A stretch of DNA of 58,018 nt, counting the filler, from Stramenopiles sp. TOSAG23-6 (Eukaryota), in assembly GCA_900128565.1 (NCBI GenBank). It is 4 parts of 4 records of this genome, joined end to end, with 100 filler letters (N's around TTAATTAATTAA, not from the genome) between each part and the next. Parts side by side here need not be neighbours in the genome. Positions count along the whole stretch, not along the records: positions 1 to 14,508 come from LT636138.1; 3 more parts are not named here. One strand, 5' to 3'. Positions within the stretch are counted from its first letter, which is position 1, and the number at the start of each line of letters is the position of its first letter. The notes beneath the pieces are model-generated. The model was not told where the DNA came from, did no database searches, and worked only from the letters and a program-made list of their open reading frames with translations. Shown piece after piece: positions 1-9,945 of this stretch. The translations under genes and the position numbers were made by a program.

Positions 1-65
1 AATCGTTAGGTACAAAATTTCGTAACNAAAAANAANTTCNAANTTNAAAAAAAAACAAAACATAC
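1..65 (-). mobile_element. Introner-family intron (partial, 5' part)
   Basis: Minus strand reads CAT|GTATGTTTTG...TACGAAATTTTGTACCTAACGATT. Truncated by the contig start. Confidence 0.85.
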
Positions 66-800
66 ATGCATTGATGCAAGTACTTCAGTGGAACAAGTTT
101 GAGCACGGCCTAAAGCGTCTTGATATTTTTTACTTAATTTTCCTATCCAACGTCCAAAAGGTAAACAAACTAAAACTAAAACTAGTACAACACCAACAAT
201 TATGCCTGTCAGTTTTGGTGAAATATAAAACATGAGAGAAAACGCAATAGAAGTTTTCACAAAAGATATCAAAGCATCAGGCATTGATGTAACTGTTGCT
301 GCCTGTACTGTAGTTGTATCTGACCCTAGACGTGAAACAAGTTCCCCGCTCTTACGGTGATCAAAGAATCCAATTTCCTGAGAAAGGATGGAGCGATATA
401 AATTATTACGAAGACGAGCAACTACACGTTCCCCCACTATACCTGTGATTGAAGAGCGGATAAAAGTGGCAAAAGCTCCACCAAAATGGCAAATGAATAC
501 TAAAATCATGGCCTTTTTAACTTCACTTTCCATTTCTTGCTTACTCTTTGTAGGATCCACAATGACATTGTAAGCATCCCTTAATATTATTGGAGGTGCC
601 AGTCCTTGAAATTCGCCAATTATAGACATTAAAAATGCAAAAAGAAGAGCAGGCCATTCGGGTCTTGAAACTAGAATCAACTTTTTGAAAGAAACTTTTG
701 TCTTTACGTCCTCAGCTTCGTCTTCTTTCGACTCTTGCAACATCTGAATCTTGATATCTTCATTGTTTATACTATCAGTTTCTTCGTATTTAATTTCCAT
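66..800 (-). CDS. ABC transporter B-family (ABCB10/TAP-like) half transporter, exon 1 (TMD); continues beyond contig start
   Basis: Motifs GERVVARLRNNLYRSILSQEIGFFD and SGELVSRLGSDTTTVQ. The ORF runs into an intron-family donor GTATGTTTT at 65. Confidence 0.9.
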
Positions 801-1181
801 TGTTTTTTATACTAGCAGTAAAGGGAAGTGAATGAAAAATATTCTAGATTTAGCTCAACGTCAAAGAATATGGAGTCTCTTGGCTGAAAATGTAATTGAG
901 AAAAATAATAATGAAGAATATTAAGAGAAACTCTCTTTTCCTCTCTTTTTGCGCTAGAAGTCAGTCGGTCCTATTTTGATGTTTCAAATCGAAATATTTT
1001 GAAAAAAAAAAACACGAAAGTGAATAAAGTGTTACGATTTATTTATCATATTTTTTCGTTTATTTTCTAGATTTCTAAAGTATGGTTTATAATAGCTCAC
1101 CTATAGCTATAGATTACATCAAATGGACGACCAATAACTGCCATAACAAATATGGCTACTACTACGGTACCAATATGCAGC

Positions 1182-1946
1182 CTATCTTTTTCTCTGCCGT
1201 TTCCACTTGTAAACAGCAGGTTTGTCACCTTCTGCATCTTTCACTTTTTTCCTACGACCTTTGCCTTGTCTATCCTTATGGCTTTGTAAATGTTGACGTA
1301 ATAAATCCATTTTTTCTACTCGTTTAATGCGCTGTCCAAGTTCTGAATATGCTTTATCTCGTTTCTTTTTAATCTTTGAAAGAGCTTTTAAGTCAGTTTC
1401 CAATGGAGCATCTACCAAAGAAGTGCGAAGAGTTTCTAGTCTAGGCCTATTAAAAGTTCGTTCAGCCAACTCTGGCACAGTATCAAAATGTTTACTAGCG
1501 CTCCACGACTTGACATCCTTTTTCTTATCCAGAAAAATTGTATGTTGTCCACGTGATTTTTCACTGAGAAAGTGGAGGTTAGCTTTTAACTTTTCAACCC
1601 TACGCTTCTCTTTTACTTCTGTCATTGACGCATACATAAGATCCTGCGTTTTTAACAGTTTCTGCATATCAGCTGTCATGCTAGCACCTTCTCCTCTACG
1701 ACTAATCTCATGTACACCATTTTTAGTCCGAGAATTTTTCATAGCAAAGTAAAATTCATCTGGATTACGAAAAGCTGCCTTGTCCTTCAATGCATTCAGT
1801 CGTTTGCGTTTTTTTGAGAAATCCTTTGCACGCTTCACATAATCTTTGTGCTTCTCTAATAGACCAAGTTTCTTTCTTCCATGTGGCTGAGCACGCTCTC
1901 TGTGTTCACGTCGGCGTTCCACATTACGCCATGAAGCTCCGGGCAT
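1182..1946 (-). CDS. UTP11: U3 small nucleolar RNA-associated protein 11
   Basis: HRERAQP...LGLLEKHKDYVKRAKDF, RNPDEFYFAM, and C-terminal YKWKRQRKR. Confidence 0.95.
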   Translation of the reverse strand: MPGASWRNVERRREHRERAQPHGRKKLGLLEKHKDYVKRAKDFSKKRKRLNALKDKAAFRNPDEFYFAMKNSRTKNGVHEISRRGEGASMTADMQKLLKTQDLMYASMTEVKEKRRVEKLKANLHFLSEKSRGQHTIFLDKKKDVKSWSASKHFDTVPELAERTFNRPRLETLRTSLVDAPLETDLKALSKIKKKRDKAYSELGQRIKRVEKMDLLRQHLQSHKDRQGKGRRKKVKDAEGDKPAVYKWKRQRKR

Positions 1947-2178
1947 CTTCTAAGTACAATTACGTGAAACGATTGAACTTGTTTGTAGTACTTACTATAG
2001 TACTACTGTGGTCAAAGCACACTGAACTGAACTTTAGGGTACCGGGTACTATGTAATTACACGAAATAAAGAAATAAAAAAAAAAGATATCGGCATTTTT
2101 CCTGAAATTTGGAGATTTTGGATCTTTTATTTTTTTTATCTTGAATATCTTTACTTTTTGGTACTATTTTCTTTTACG

Positions 2179-2853
2179 ATGACACTTTTCTACGCTGAAT
2201 GGGAAATTATGGGCTCTTGCATCGATGACTGCACTACTTATTTTAGTAGTATGGACGAAGCTGCTGACAAGAAGGATGCTGGACCTAACTGTGAATTAAT
2301 TGGACGGTGGAGTAATTTGGGGTCAAGCACCGGTTGCTGTATTTCTCGATGTAAAACGAGCGAAGACCTATCAAAATGGTTTTTCAATTGGAACACCATG
2401 GCCAAGATTAAAACCTATCCAATTCTTGATGATAATCAAGCTCGAGAGATTATTTTGGGTAAGAAACCTTCCTTCACTGTCCCATATTTGAACGTAGGTG
2501 ACGAGCCCAAGGAGGGGGAATCTCTCTATGTAGTCAAGTATAAATTCCAGGAGGGAAAGCGCATGGAAGGACATAAAGCGTTTGCAGGTATGACAGAAGA
2601 ACAGGACAAGGCTGACAGTGGAAACAATCGCGTACTCGGACGTTATCATAACCTTGGAAACGGATCAGGTATTTGTATTTGTGGATCGACCTCAGAAATG
2701 GATTTGTACAAATGGGCCTTCAATTGGGCCGGAATGTGTGACATTACTATTACTCCTGTAGTTACCGATAAGCAGGCTCGTAAAATTGGTCGAAGTGCTC
2801 CTGGTTATCAACAAAAACTTGATGCTCTGATGAAAAAGATGGGCATGGCGTAG
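2179..2853 (+). CDS. Tandem DUF3303-like domain protein
   Basis: Two internal repeats (LIGRWSNLGSSTG..LSKWFFNW..YPILDD / VLGRYHNLGNGSG..LYKWAFNW..TPVVTD). First ATG at 2179. Confidence 0.7.
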   Translation: MTLFYAEWEIMGSCIDDCTTYFSSMDEAADKKDAGPNCELIGRWSNLGSSTGCCISRCKTSEDLSKWFFNWNTMAKIKTYPILDDNQAREIILGKKPSFTVPYLNVGDEPKEGESLYVVKYKFQEGKRMEGHKAFAGMTEEQDKADSGNNRVLGRYHNLGNGSGICICGSTSEMDLYKWAFNWAGMCDITITPVVTDKQARKIGRSAPGYQQKLDALMKKMGMA

Positions 2854-3131
2854 GATGATGCAGGGGCAGCGTCTGGATCTGGAGTCAATGCAGTGAGGAA
2901 GTTGACTCCACGTAACTCAAATTGATTCATCATATAAAATCGAAGGCATTTCTATTGTATATATTCCAAATTTGTAAAAAGTGGAAGAAATGTCGTTTAT
3001 TATAAGCTTCTCCTTTGCCAAAATTCATTAATAAAAGCTCACTAATATAATAATAATACTCATATAGAAGAAATTTAATTTTATTCTAATATATACAAGA
3101 ACATATATACATATACTTTGAAAACATAATA

Positions 3132-4886
3132 TTAGACGCTTAACAAATGCCCGTGCTCAAAGACACAAGATTGACAAACACTGCGATATTCTTTTTGTTT
3201 AGGATATTTTTGAACTACGGTACATTCTGCACAGATTACTTCGCCACATTCACCACACACATATCTAGATACTGTTTTAAAATCATTTCCACAACTCAAA
3301 CATGAATTGATACCATCAGTTGGAACGTTCCATGATTTCTTTTCGTCTTCAGACATATCACCTAGTATCATTCCATCAAATGATGTTGACGTTGTTATTG
3401 ATCCAGATAAAGTTAATGTTTTAGCCTCTAAACACGCATTAAATATTTCGTATGGAGTTGGGGTTTGCACAAAGTTTTTCTGTCTAAATTCAAGAGTTAC
3501 AATCCCTGTAGAACTAAACACAAATGTACCACCAAAAGAGTATAATGCACCACCACTCGCTGGCGAAGTATCCCCGATACTCTTGGAATTTTTGATCGCT
3601 AACATAGTCTCTATATTTAATAGGTCTAAAAACGACCCATCTTTACGACACCCGAGAGCAGAGAACAAATCACCACTTACATCAACAACAAAATCGTCTT
3701 GCCAAAAATCTCCCGCCAAAAATGAATAAAGACCACGAATACCTTTCCCAACCCCAACAACATTGAAACCTACGTCTTTTAGCGTTTTTGATGTTTTTGC
3801 AAATTTTTTAAGCTGCTCTCGACAAATGCCACAACCATATCTACGTATCAAGTATAACACTACATTATTTCCCTTCAATATGTCTGTAATAGGAATAGAT
3901 TTTAGACAACCATCACCTGTAGGGGTACTAACTTGACATTTGTAAAGCATTTTGTAATTAATACTTCCTTCACGAGTAACTTCATCATCCGATACTAAAG
4001 GTGAACACATCAGAGGAGATGAGCACATGAGAGGAGAATCACAAATAGCAGTAGAGTCATCTATTGAATCATGTTTACCGAGTGAAAAATCTTTTAACGC
4101 CATTTCATCACCATGGATATCATCAAATAAAGCGGATAAATCTTCGGTGGTCGTCGAATCATTCAAATCATATGAAAATAAATCATCCAGAAATTTTGCA
4201 CTTTTCGTGTCATCCGAACCAGGGGAGTAGTCTGATATTATATTTTCAATCTTCTTGAAACGTTTCAACCTTGCATTCCGAGGTTTCTTAGCAACTTGCC
4301 TTTTCTTTTTCCTTTTATTCATCAGTTGTGTACTAGCTTTTAACAATTTTTCTATATCAGGAGTTGAATGACTTAACTCCACTTTGGAAAGAGAAGATAA
4401 CAACACGCAACTAAAACGCATCGCGTTCGTTGGAGAGGGACTGTTTGCAGTTTTCTTATAATGGGCGATTGACTCATTGTAGTCATCTACCGATACTATA
4501 TAAATATTATCCACTCCTGCAGTGTACACTAATACGAAAGAGTTGATCCGAATATCCAAAATTTCACTAACACGTACGTAAACAGCGTAACAAGAACTTA
4601 AGTTCGCGGTCACACGATACAAACGCTTGTTGAAAGAAATTTTTACTACTTCCTCCTTCACGGGGATTACTTTAGCCTTTTTCTTTACTTTATTGGCACG
4701 GTGTACCTTCAACTTGGACTTCTCGCAGGGATTACACACTAGTCGACGTCCGTACCTTTTTCGGGTACACTGTTCCCCAGGCTTGTGAGAGCAATTCGGA
4801 AAACCTGTACATCGACAATGAGTACACTTTGTATGGAGTGGGGTGCCTTCAGGACACCAAGGACATGGAATGCTTGAACGACCCAT
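3132..4886 (-). CDS. Multidomain protein: N-terminal Cys/His-rich region, peroxiredoxin-like (AhpC-TSA_2/PRXL2) domain, C-terminal FYVE-like zinc finger
   Basis: IRRYGCGICRE...GGTFVF (PRXL2-like). WNVPTDGINSCLSC...YVCGECGEVICAEC...RSVCQSC (FYVE-like). Confidence 0.75.
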   Translation of the reverse strand: MGRSSIPCPWCPEGTPLHTKCTHCRCTGFPNCSHKPGEQCTRKRYGRRLVCNPCEKSKLKVHRANKVKKKAKVIPVKEEVVKISFNKRLYRVTANLSSCYAVYVRVSEILDIRINSFVLVYTAGVDNIYIVSVDDYNESIAHYKKTANSPSPTNAMRFSCVLLSSLSKVELSHSTPDIEKLLKASTQLMNKRKKKRQVAKKPRNARLKRFKKIENIISDYSPGSDDTKSAKFLDDLFSYDLNDSTTTEDLSALFDDIHGDEMALKDFSLGKHDSIDDSTAICDSPLMCSSPLMCSPLVSDDEVTREGSINYKMLYKCQVSTPTGDGCLKSIPITDILKGNNVVLYLIRRYGCGICREQLKKFAKTSKTLKDVGFNVVGVGKGIRGLYSFLAGDFWQDDFVVDVSGDLFSALGCRKDGSFLDLLNIETMLAIKNSKSIGDTSPASGGALYSFGGTFVFSSTGIVTLEFRQKNFVQTPTPYEIFNACLEAKTLTLSGSITTSTSFDGMILGDMSEDEKKSWNVPTDGINSCLSCGNDFKTVSRYVCGECGEVICAECTVVQKYPKQKEYRSVCQSCVFEHGHLLSV

Positions 4887-5161
4887 CGCACAAAATTTTT
4901 AGTCGTTAATTATTCACGGAACACACCAAAGCTTACTGGTAGTACACCATGATGTAAAGCCCGACGACACAGGAGAACACAAGCAAAGTCCCGACAAGAT
5001 ATTATTGGGACCGGGTAACTATAACCGGGTACCGGGTTTCGTGACCAATCTGATCGGCGACTCTCTTGTCTCTCTTGTCTCTTGATACGGGTACTACAAC
5101 ATAAATTATTATTCATAAATTATATTTGGTAAGATTCAGATTTATTTTGTGACTGCTAGTA

Positions 5162-5512
5162 ATGAGTTTGAAACGCATCCTTTTATTAATTCGCGATGTT
5201 CCAAAGACGACAAAGTTCTATAACGAAGGATTAGGTCTTCCTGTAATTCACGCGTCTGACACGTGGGCAGAACTCAGTACCAATGGAGGGACATCTATAT
5301 GTTTGAGTCATACAGAAGGTGAAGCGGCGTTAACTACGGGTTATAGTCCTTTATTGTCCTTCAATGTTGAAGATTTAGATGAGACTGTTAATAAGATGCT
5401 GGCTCTTGACGCCACACTCGACGGGGCTATTAGATATGAAGACAGTGGTCGTGTCGCTGCACTGCGCTCTCCTGAAGGACAGATGTTGACAATATTTGAG
5501 CCAAATAATTAA
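5162..5512 (+). CDS. Glyoxalase/VOC-family protein
   Basis: KFYNEGLGL, LSFNVEDLD, ALRSPEGQMLTIFEP. Confidence 0.85.
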   Translation: MSLKRILLLIRDVPKTTKFYNEGLGLPVIHASDTWAELSTNGGTSICLSHTEGEAALTTGYSPLLSFNVEDLDETVNKMLALDATLDGAIRYEDSGRVAALRSPEGQMLTIFEPNN

Positions 5513-6063
5513 TATTCACCCCGTCAAGTATGGCACTGATTTTGGACAGATTATTAATATATATATAGTAGCATAAATGAATGTACACTGTCGAATAGAA
5601 CTTGTATGTTGTTTAAGAGGGATTCCATTTCAATTTTGTAAAGCGTTTTGAAAAAGAAAGTCATAATTGAAATAACTACCTCAAATAAATGAGTGTTTAA
5701 ATGATCTAAAAATATGTTTTTGGCATCAGTTTTATTTTACAAATATATTGAGCTAGTGATTCCAATGTTTCAGTGCTAATGTGTTATATTTTATATTTAG
5801 AAAAGTTACTTAATTACTAGCCATATCCTATGAAATTGTAGGGTTTAAGGTTAGGTGACTTAGGTCACGCCAAAGTGACACGTGTGTTTGCGTTTGATCC
5901 TAACAGAACAAGTAGCAAGACAAGAGCTACACCTAGCTACGTACTACCTGCTTATATGGATACGGGAACCAGACGTTCTTTGTATTGTTAATTGCGCTAC
6001 TTGATACATATTCAATACATGTCCCAAGAGTATATTACACTGTAATACTCGCTATTGGTTTTT

Positions 6064-6699
6064 ATGTTGCGCACTCTTTCAGCTAGAATATTTTCACCAA
6101 GTTGTTGGACTCGTCTCTATAGCGTAAATGGTAATGAAGTTAAGCGTGGTATGTTGGTTTCTTACAAAGGCGGTTTATGTAGAGTTGTTGAATCGCGTAG
6201 TGTAAAACCTGGAAAAGGTGGAGCGTTTCAACAAGTCGAACTTCGAGATATCGAGACTGGAAAGAAAAGGCAAGAACGATTTCGTGCTTCAGAAAAGGTT
6301 GAAATTAAGAGACTCGATAAAGAAGAAACATATCAAGTTCTTTACCGGGAACGCGATGGATATTTTGTGTTAATGCATGCGAAAACATATGAACAAATAG
6401 ATGTCCCCGAACACCGTGTTGGCGACCCAGGTCATCATTTTCTCAAAGATGGAATAGAAGTTGGTGTGGAATTATTCGAAGGTAAACCAATGTTCTTACA
6501 AATGCCAAAGAAAGTGCCTTTTGTTGTTGAACGAACAAATGCACCGGGGAAAGACTCTTCCCGAAATACAGATATATACAAAGATGCAGATTTAGTAGGT
6601 GCCACCAAATCTGTATTAGTACCTCAATTTATCGACACGGGTGATATTGTATTTATTGATCCAATAAATGGTGAATATAGAGGGAGGCAAAAAAAATAG
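6064..6699 (+). CDS. efp: Elongation factor P, probably mitochondrial
   Basis: VKPGKGGAFQQVELRDI loop and VPQFIDTGD..GEY C-terminus. Arg/Ser-rich N-terminal presequence from ATG 6064. Confidence 0.9.
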   Translation: MLRTLSARIFSPSCWTRLYSVNGNEVKRGMLVSYKGGLCRVVESRSVKPGKGGAFQQVELRDIETGKKRQERFRASEKVEIKRLDKEETYQVLYRERDGYFVLMHAKTYEQIDVPEHRVGDPGHHFLKDGIEVGVELFEGKPMFLQMPKKVPFVVERTNAPGKDSSRNTDIYKDADLVGATKSVLVPQFIDTGDIVFIDPINGEYRGRQKK

Positions 6700-6783
6700 A
6701 ATTAGTAACCCTAACCCTACCTTGTATTTCACAAATACAATTTTGTAGAGAATTAGTAACCTCCTTTACCACTTAATGCAAAA

Positions 6784-7447
6784 CTACGCAGGCATAAGAG
6801 CATCAAGAATACGATTATCATATACGGAAAAAGCTCTTTCGGTGGGTAGATTTACATCACCCATACCTGTAAATCCGGGTGATCCATAAAATAACGCATT
6901 TTTTTGGTCTTGTGGTTGATTATTAAAAAAACGATGCTCGCCACTCTCCAGGGTTCCAGGGATATTACCGAAGCCTCTCCGTTCTTGTGGGTAAACGTGG
7001 TAGGATTCTCCTTGTTGTTGTTGTGTGTATGGTGTATGTGTAGCAAACGTGGAAGGGTTATCTAACCAATCGCTGTAGATAATGTGTACAATATGAAAGT
7101 TATATAACAAATAAAAGAACAGTAGTGTCATAAAATATTGTATTGAACGTATTTATGATATTTCAAATACTGTCAAATTCGTTGCTTGAGTAAAAGAATT
7201 TGCTTCGCCCTATTCCTCTACCCCGACCTGAATAATGGTTATTTAAGTTTAAACCTAGTATACGTCTATGACTTCCTCTCACATTAGATTGATTGCTTTT
7301 ATTCTTCACGTTCATACGATCATAAGAACCGGTAAACGTTATTGTTGCTGTTGTACCGTGCACTAATGATTTCTTTTGAGTGGAGCTATAGCATAAAAGA
7401 ATATCCGACAAATGAAGAAGTAATAATATACTGATGAATTTTAACAT
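6784..7447 (-). CDS. Secreted hypothetical protein, probably two exons (7447-7171, 7085-6784)
   Basis: A signal-peptide ORF and a downstream ORF can be joined in frame by removing GTATTT...TTGTAC (7170-7086). Confidence 0.45.
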
Positions 7448-7695
7448 ACTTTTCCTTTTCCATGAGAAGACCTAGTAAAACGTCCTACACAGACAGATTT
7501 CAATAACACAAACATAATAATTTTCAAAAAATATAGCAGAAAATCCGATCTTCGTTCCTACTAAACGCAAAAATATCCGTTAAAATTTTTGTAAAATCCA
7601 AAAACTGATCCCGTATCCAGTCCAGTTCTACGCTTGTGCATCCTAAAACAGACGAGCTAACAAATTCAAAGTAGTTTTAAATTTGATCAATTGAA

Positions 7696-8211
7696 ATGCG
7701 TCTTCTTGCATCCAATATTCAGAGAATTTTCGCCTCGACAATTGTAGTTTTACTGTATGTCTCTAGACCTGCGTTATCCCAGATGAAACCGGAAATGATG
7801 ACACAGAAAGAAGCTTACCATAAATCGTACATGACTGAATTGCGTAACGTTCATGTCGGTGCCTCTTCATTTATTCGTGCAATTAAGCAAACGAATTCTT
7901 CAAAAATGCCTCGTAAAATCTTTAAGGACTTGGGTACTCGTTTTCATACGCTTCACATCAAAGCAAATCACCCTAGTGTTGACATCGAAGGACAAAAGGT
8001 TCGCGATGAAATTTCATACTTATACGATACTATGAACGAAATTCTTCATTTAGACGGACCAGGAAGAAAACATCGAAAGCATGGATATCGAACTACTGCG
8101 AAAGACTATGTACGCTCTCGATTGTTAAGCTCTGAGGTTAAGTCAAACGAAATGAAGAAACGTGTCATGATGAAGTTACGCAAGGAATTCGATTGGGAAA
8201 AAGATCTCTGA
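7696..8211 (+). CDS. Hypothetical secretory-pathway protein (signal peptide, C-terminal EKDL)
   Basis: 171-aa ORF with a hydrophobic N-terminus and a KDEL-like end. Confidence 0.65.
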   Translation: MRLLASNIQRIFASTIVVLLYVSRPALSQMKPEMMTQKEAYHKSYMTELRNVHVGASSFIRAIKQTNSSKMPRKIFKDLGTRFHTLHIKANHPSVDIEGQKVRDEISYLYDTMNEILHLDGPGRKHRKHGYRTTAKDYVRSRLLSSEVKSNEMKKRVMMKLRKEFDWEKDL

Positions 8212-8377
8212 TAAACTTTATTGTTTCTTCAACGAAATTGTTTCTTCTACATTAATATTGAATTTATCTATCAAATCTTAAAATTAAATTATTATTATCG
8301 ATAAGTTCAAATATATTCAATTTTCTAGCCAATATTTTATTTTTGTCAACACAAAACTGTTCTGTTTTTTTAAAAGG

Positions 8378-9733
8378 TTAGTTGCGAGTGGCATTTTTAG
8401 CTGCAGCCCACCACTGTGGCTGAACTCCTTTCTTCGTATCATCCAAATATTCATTCATTGCTGCTCTGAATTCGTGCACTGAGACAATTCCATCTCCATT
8501 AAAGTCTTTTGCGGTGGCAGCTCTCCACCAGATACATTGAAACTGCTCGTCGGTAAAATTGTATCCGATATTTTGGAAAATATCTCGAATTTCTTCCTGT
8601 CCTCGATCATCAAAAAAATCATTATTATCAACACCTTCACTGACAAAATGACTTGGTGCAAGGAGCTCTTGTGCAGTGGGATCTGTGCCGTAGTTATTAT
8701 TATCTGCTACTGACCGCCGTTTTGGAACAGGTCTGTCAGTTCGAAGAGAAGGACAACCGAATGTTCGACCATCAATATTAAAATTTCGAGTACCCCGTTT
8801 AATTGCTCTACCAAGATCATTATCAGGTAGCTGTTCTTCAGTTGTATATGTTCCGCGTATGCATTCAGCAGCCCCCCAAGCATCTTTTCCTAGTTTTGCG
8901 ACTGAAGACTGAGTTCCGAAAGTGATTCCATCTGGAGATGATTGTCCCAGATTCTTTGGTTTACCCAGTTGTTCTCGTTGCAGCTGATAATCAAATGTAT
9001 TTTTTGAAATAATATATGTATCTGGTGCATACGGGTTACTAATATTCTTTTTAAAACAACTTGCAGTATTCATATCAAGTCCTGCTACATCGACTTTTCC
9101 AAAACGGTGAGTTGTGGAATTGATTCCTCCCCAGTCATAACTTCGTGACTTTTGATTCCCTGGTGGTATCGTTCCATGACTTTTTGTGTATATCTTATCT
9201 TTCTCTGTTGTGTCTTCATGGTTTTCTGGATATATCAATGGTTTTGCAAATGACTCATTAGCTTTTTGGGCACCAACAATACCAAACGCATATTCTTTTT
9301 TTAAAACGTGTCCAGGTAAAGAAACATTCTTTACTTGGCTGATACTTTTTCCGAGAGGTTTACTTTTCAGTCCACGATACATTCGTTCCTTGTTGGCCTC
9401 GATTAATCTCTGAGCTTGAGACTGTGGTCCATTAGCCCAGGCGTCGTTTATATGGTCACTGCTCTTTGAATTCAACCCGAAGGTCTGGTCAGAGGCTGAG
9501 AGTTTAGACCTTGCTGCCCTGATCATAGCTACGTCATCTGCTGTACCATAATGAATGTGTCTATCACCTGGTTTAAAGCAAGACTTTCGGAATTTTTTAA
9601 TTTTATCCGGAGTCGCTGGTCGCTCTGGCACATTGAGGCAATATTTTGTTCCTTCGTCAGGTACGACCGAAGACACACCTGCAGCTCGCACTGCTTGGAC
9701 GCCATACCCTGACATTGATCGTCTATTTGACAT
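8378..9733 (-). CDS. EFHB: EF-hand domain family member B (CFAP21), flagellar microtubule inner protein
   Basis: FGCPSLRTDRPVPKRRSVADNNNYG motif, repeated xFGx units, C-terminal EF hand DFNGDGIVSVHEF. Confidence 0.8.
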   Translation of the reverse strand: MSNRRSMSGYGVQAVRAAGVSSVVPDEGTKYCLNVPERPATPDKIKKFRKSCFKPGDRHIHYGTADDVAMIRAARSKLSASDQTFGLNSKSSDHINDAWANGPQSQAQRLIEANKERMYRGLKSKPLGKSISQVKNVSLPGHVLKKEYAFGIVGAQKANESFAKPLIYPENHEDTTEKDKIYTKSHGTIPPGNQKSRSYDWGGINSTTHRFGKVDVAGLDMNTASCFKKNISNPYAPDTYIISKNTFDYQLQREQLGKPKNLGQSSPDGITFGTQSSVAKLGKDAWGAAECIRGTYTTEEQLPDNDLGRAIKRGTRNFNIDGRTFGCPSLRTDRPVPKRRSVADNNNYGTDPTAQELLAPSHFVSEGVDNNDFFDDRGQEEIRDIFQNIGYNFTDEQFQCIWWRAATAKDFNGDGIVSVHEFRAAMNEYLDDTKKGVQPQWWAAAKNATRN

Positions 9734-9945
9734 ATCCAAATTGATAAACTAAAGGGTTTCTCAATTGAAGGACACCCTTTACAGCTATCTATAGTATAAG
9801 GCAAATTATTCTATGATGTATTTGAGAAGATGATTTGCTTCTTCAAGATGTAAAGTGTAACGGTAATATATTTATTTGACAAAAAAAACAGGTTTGTTCA
9901 AATATATTTTTTTATCTTTTTTATAATTATCTAAATTAGAATTCA

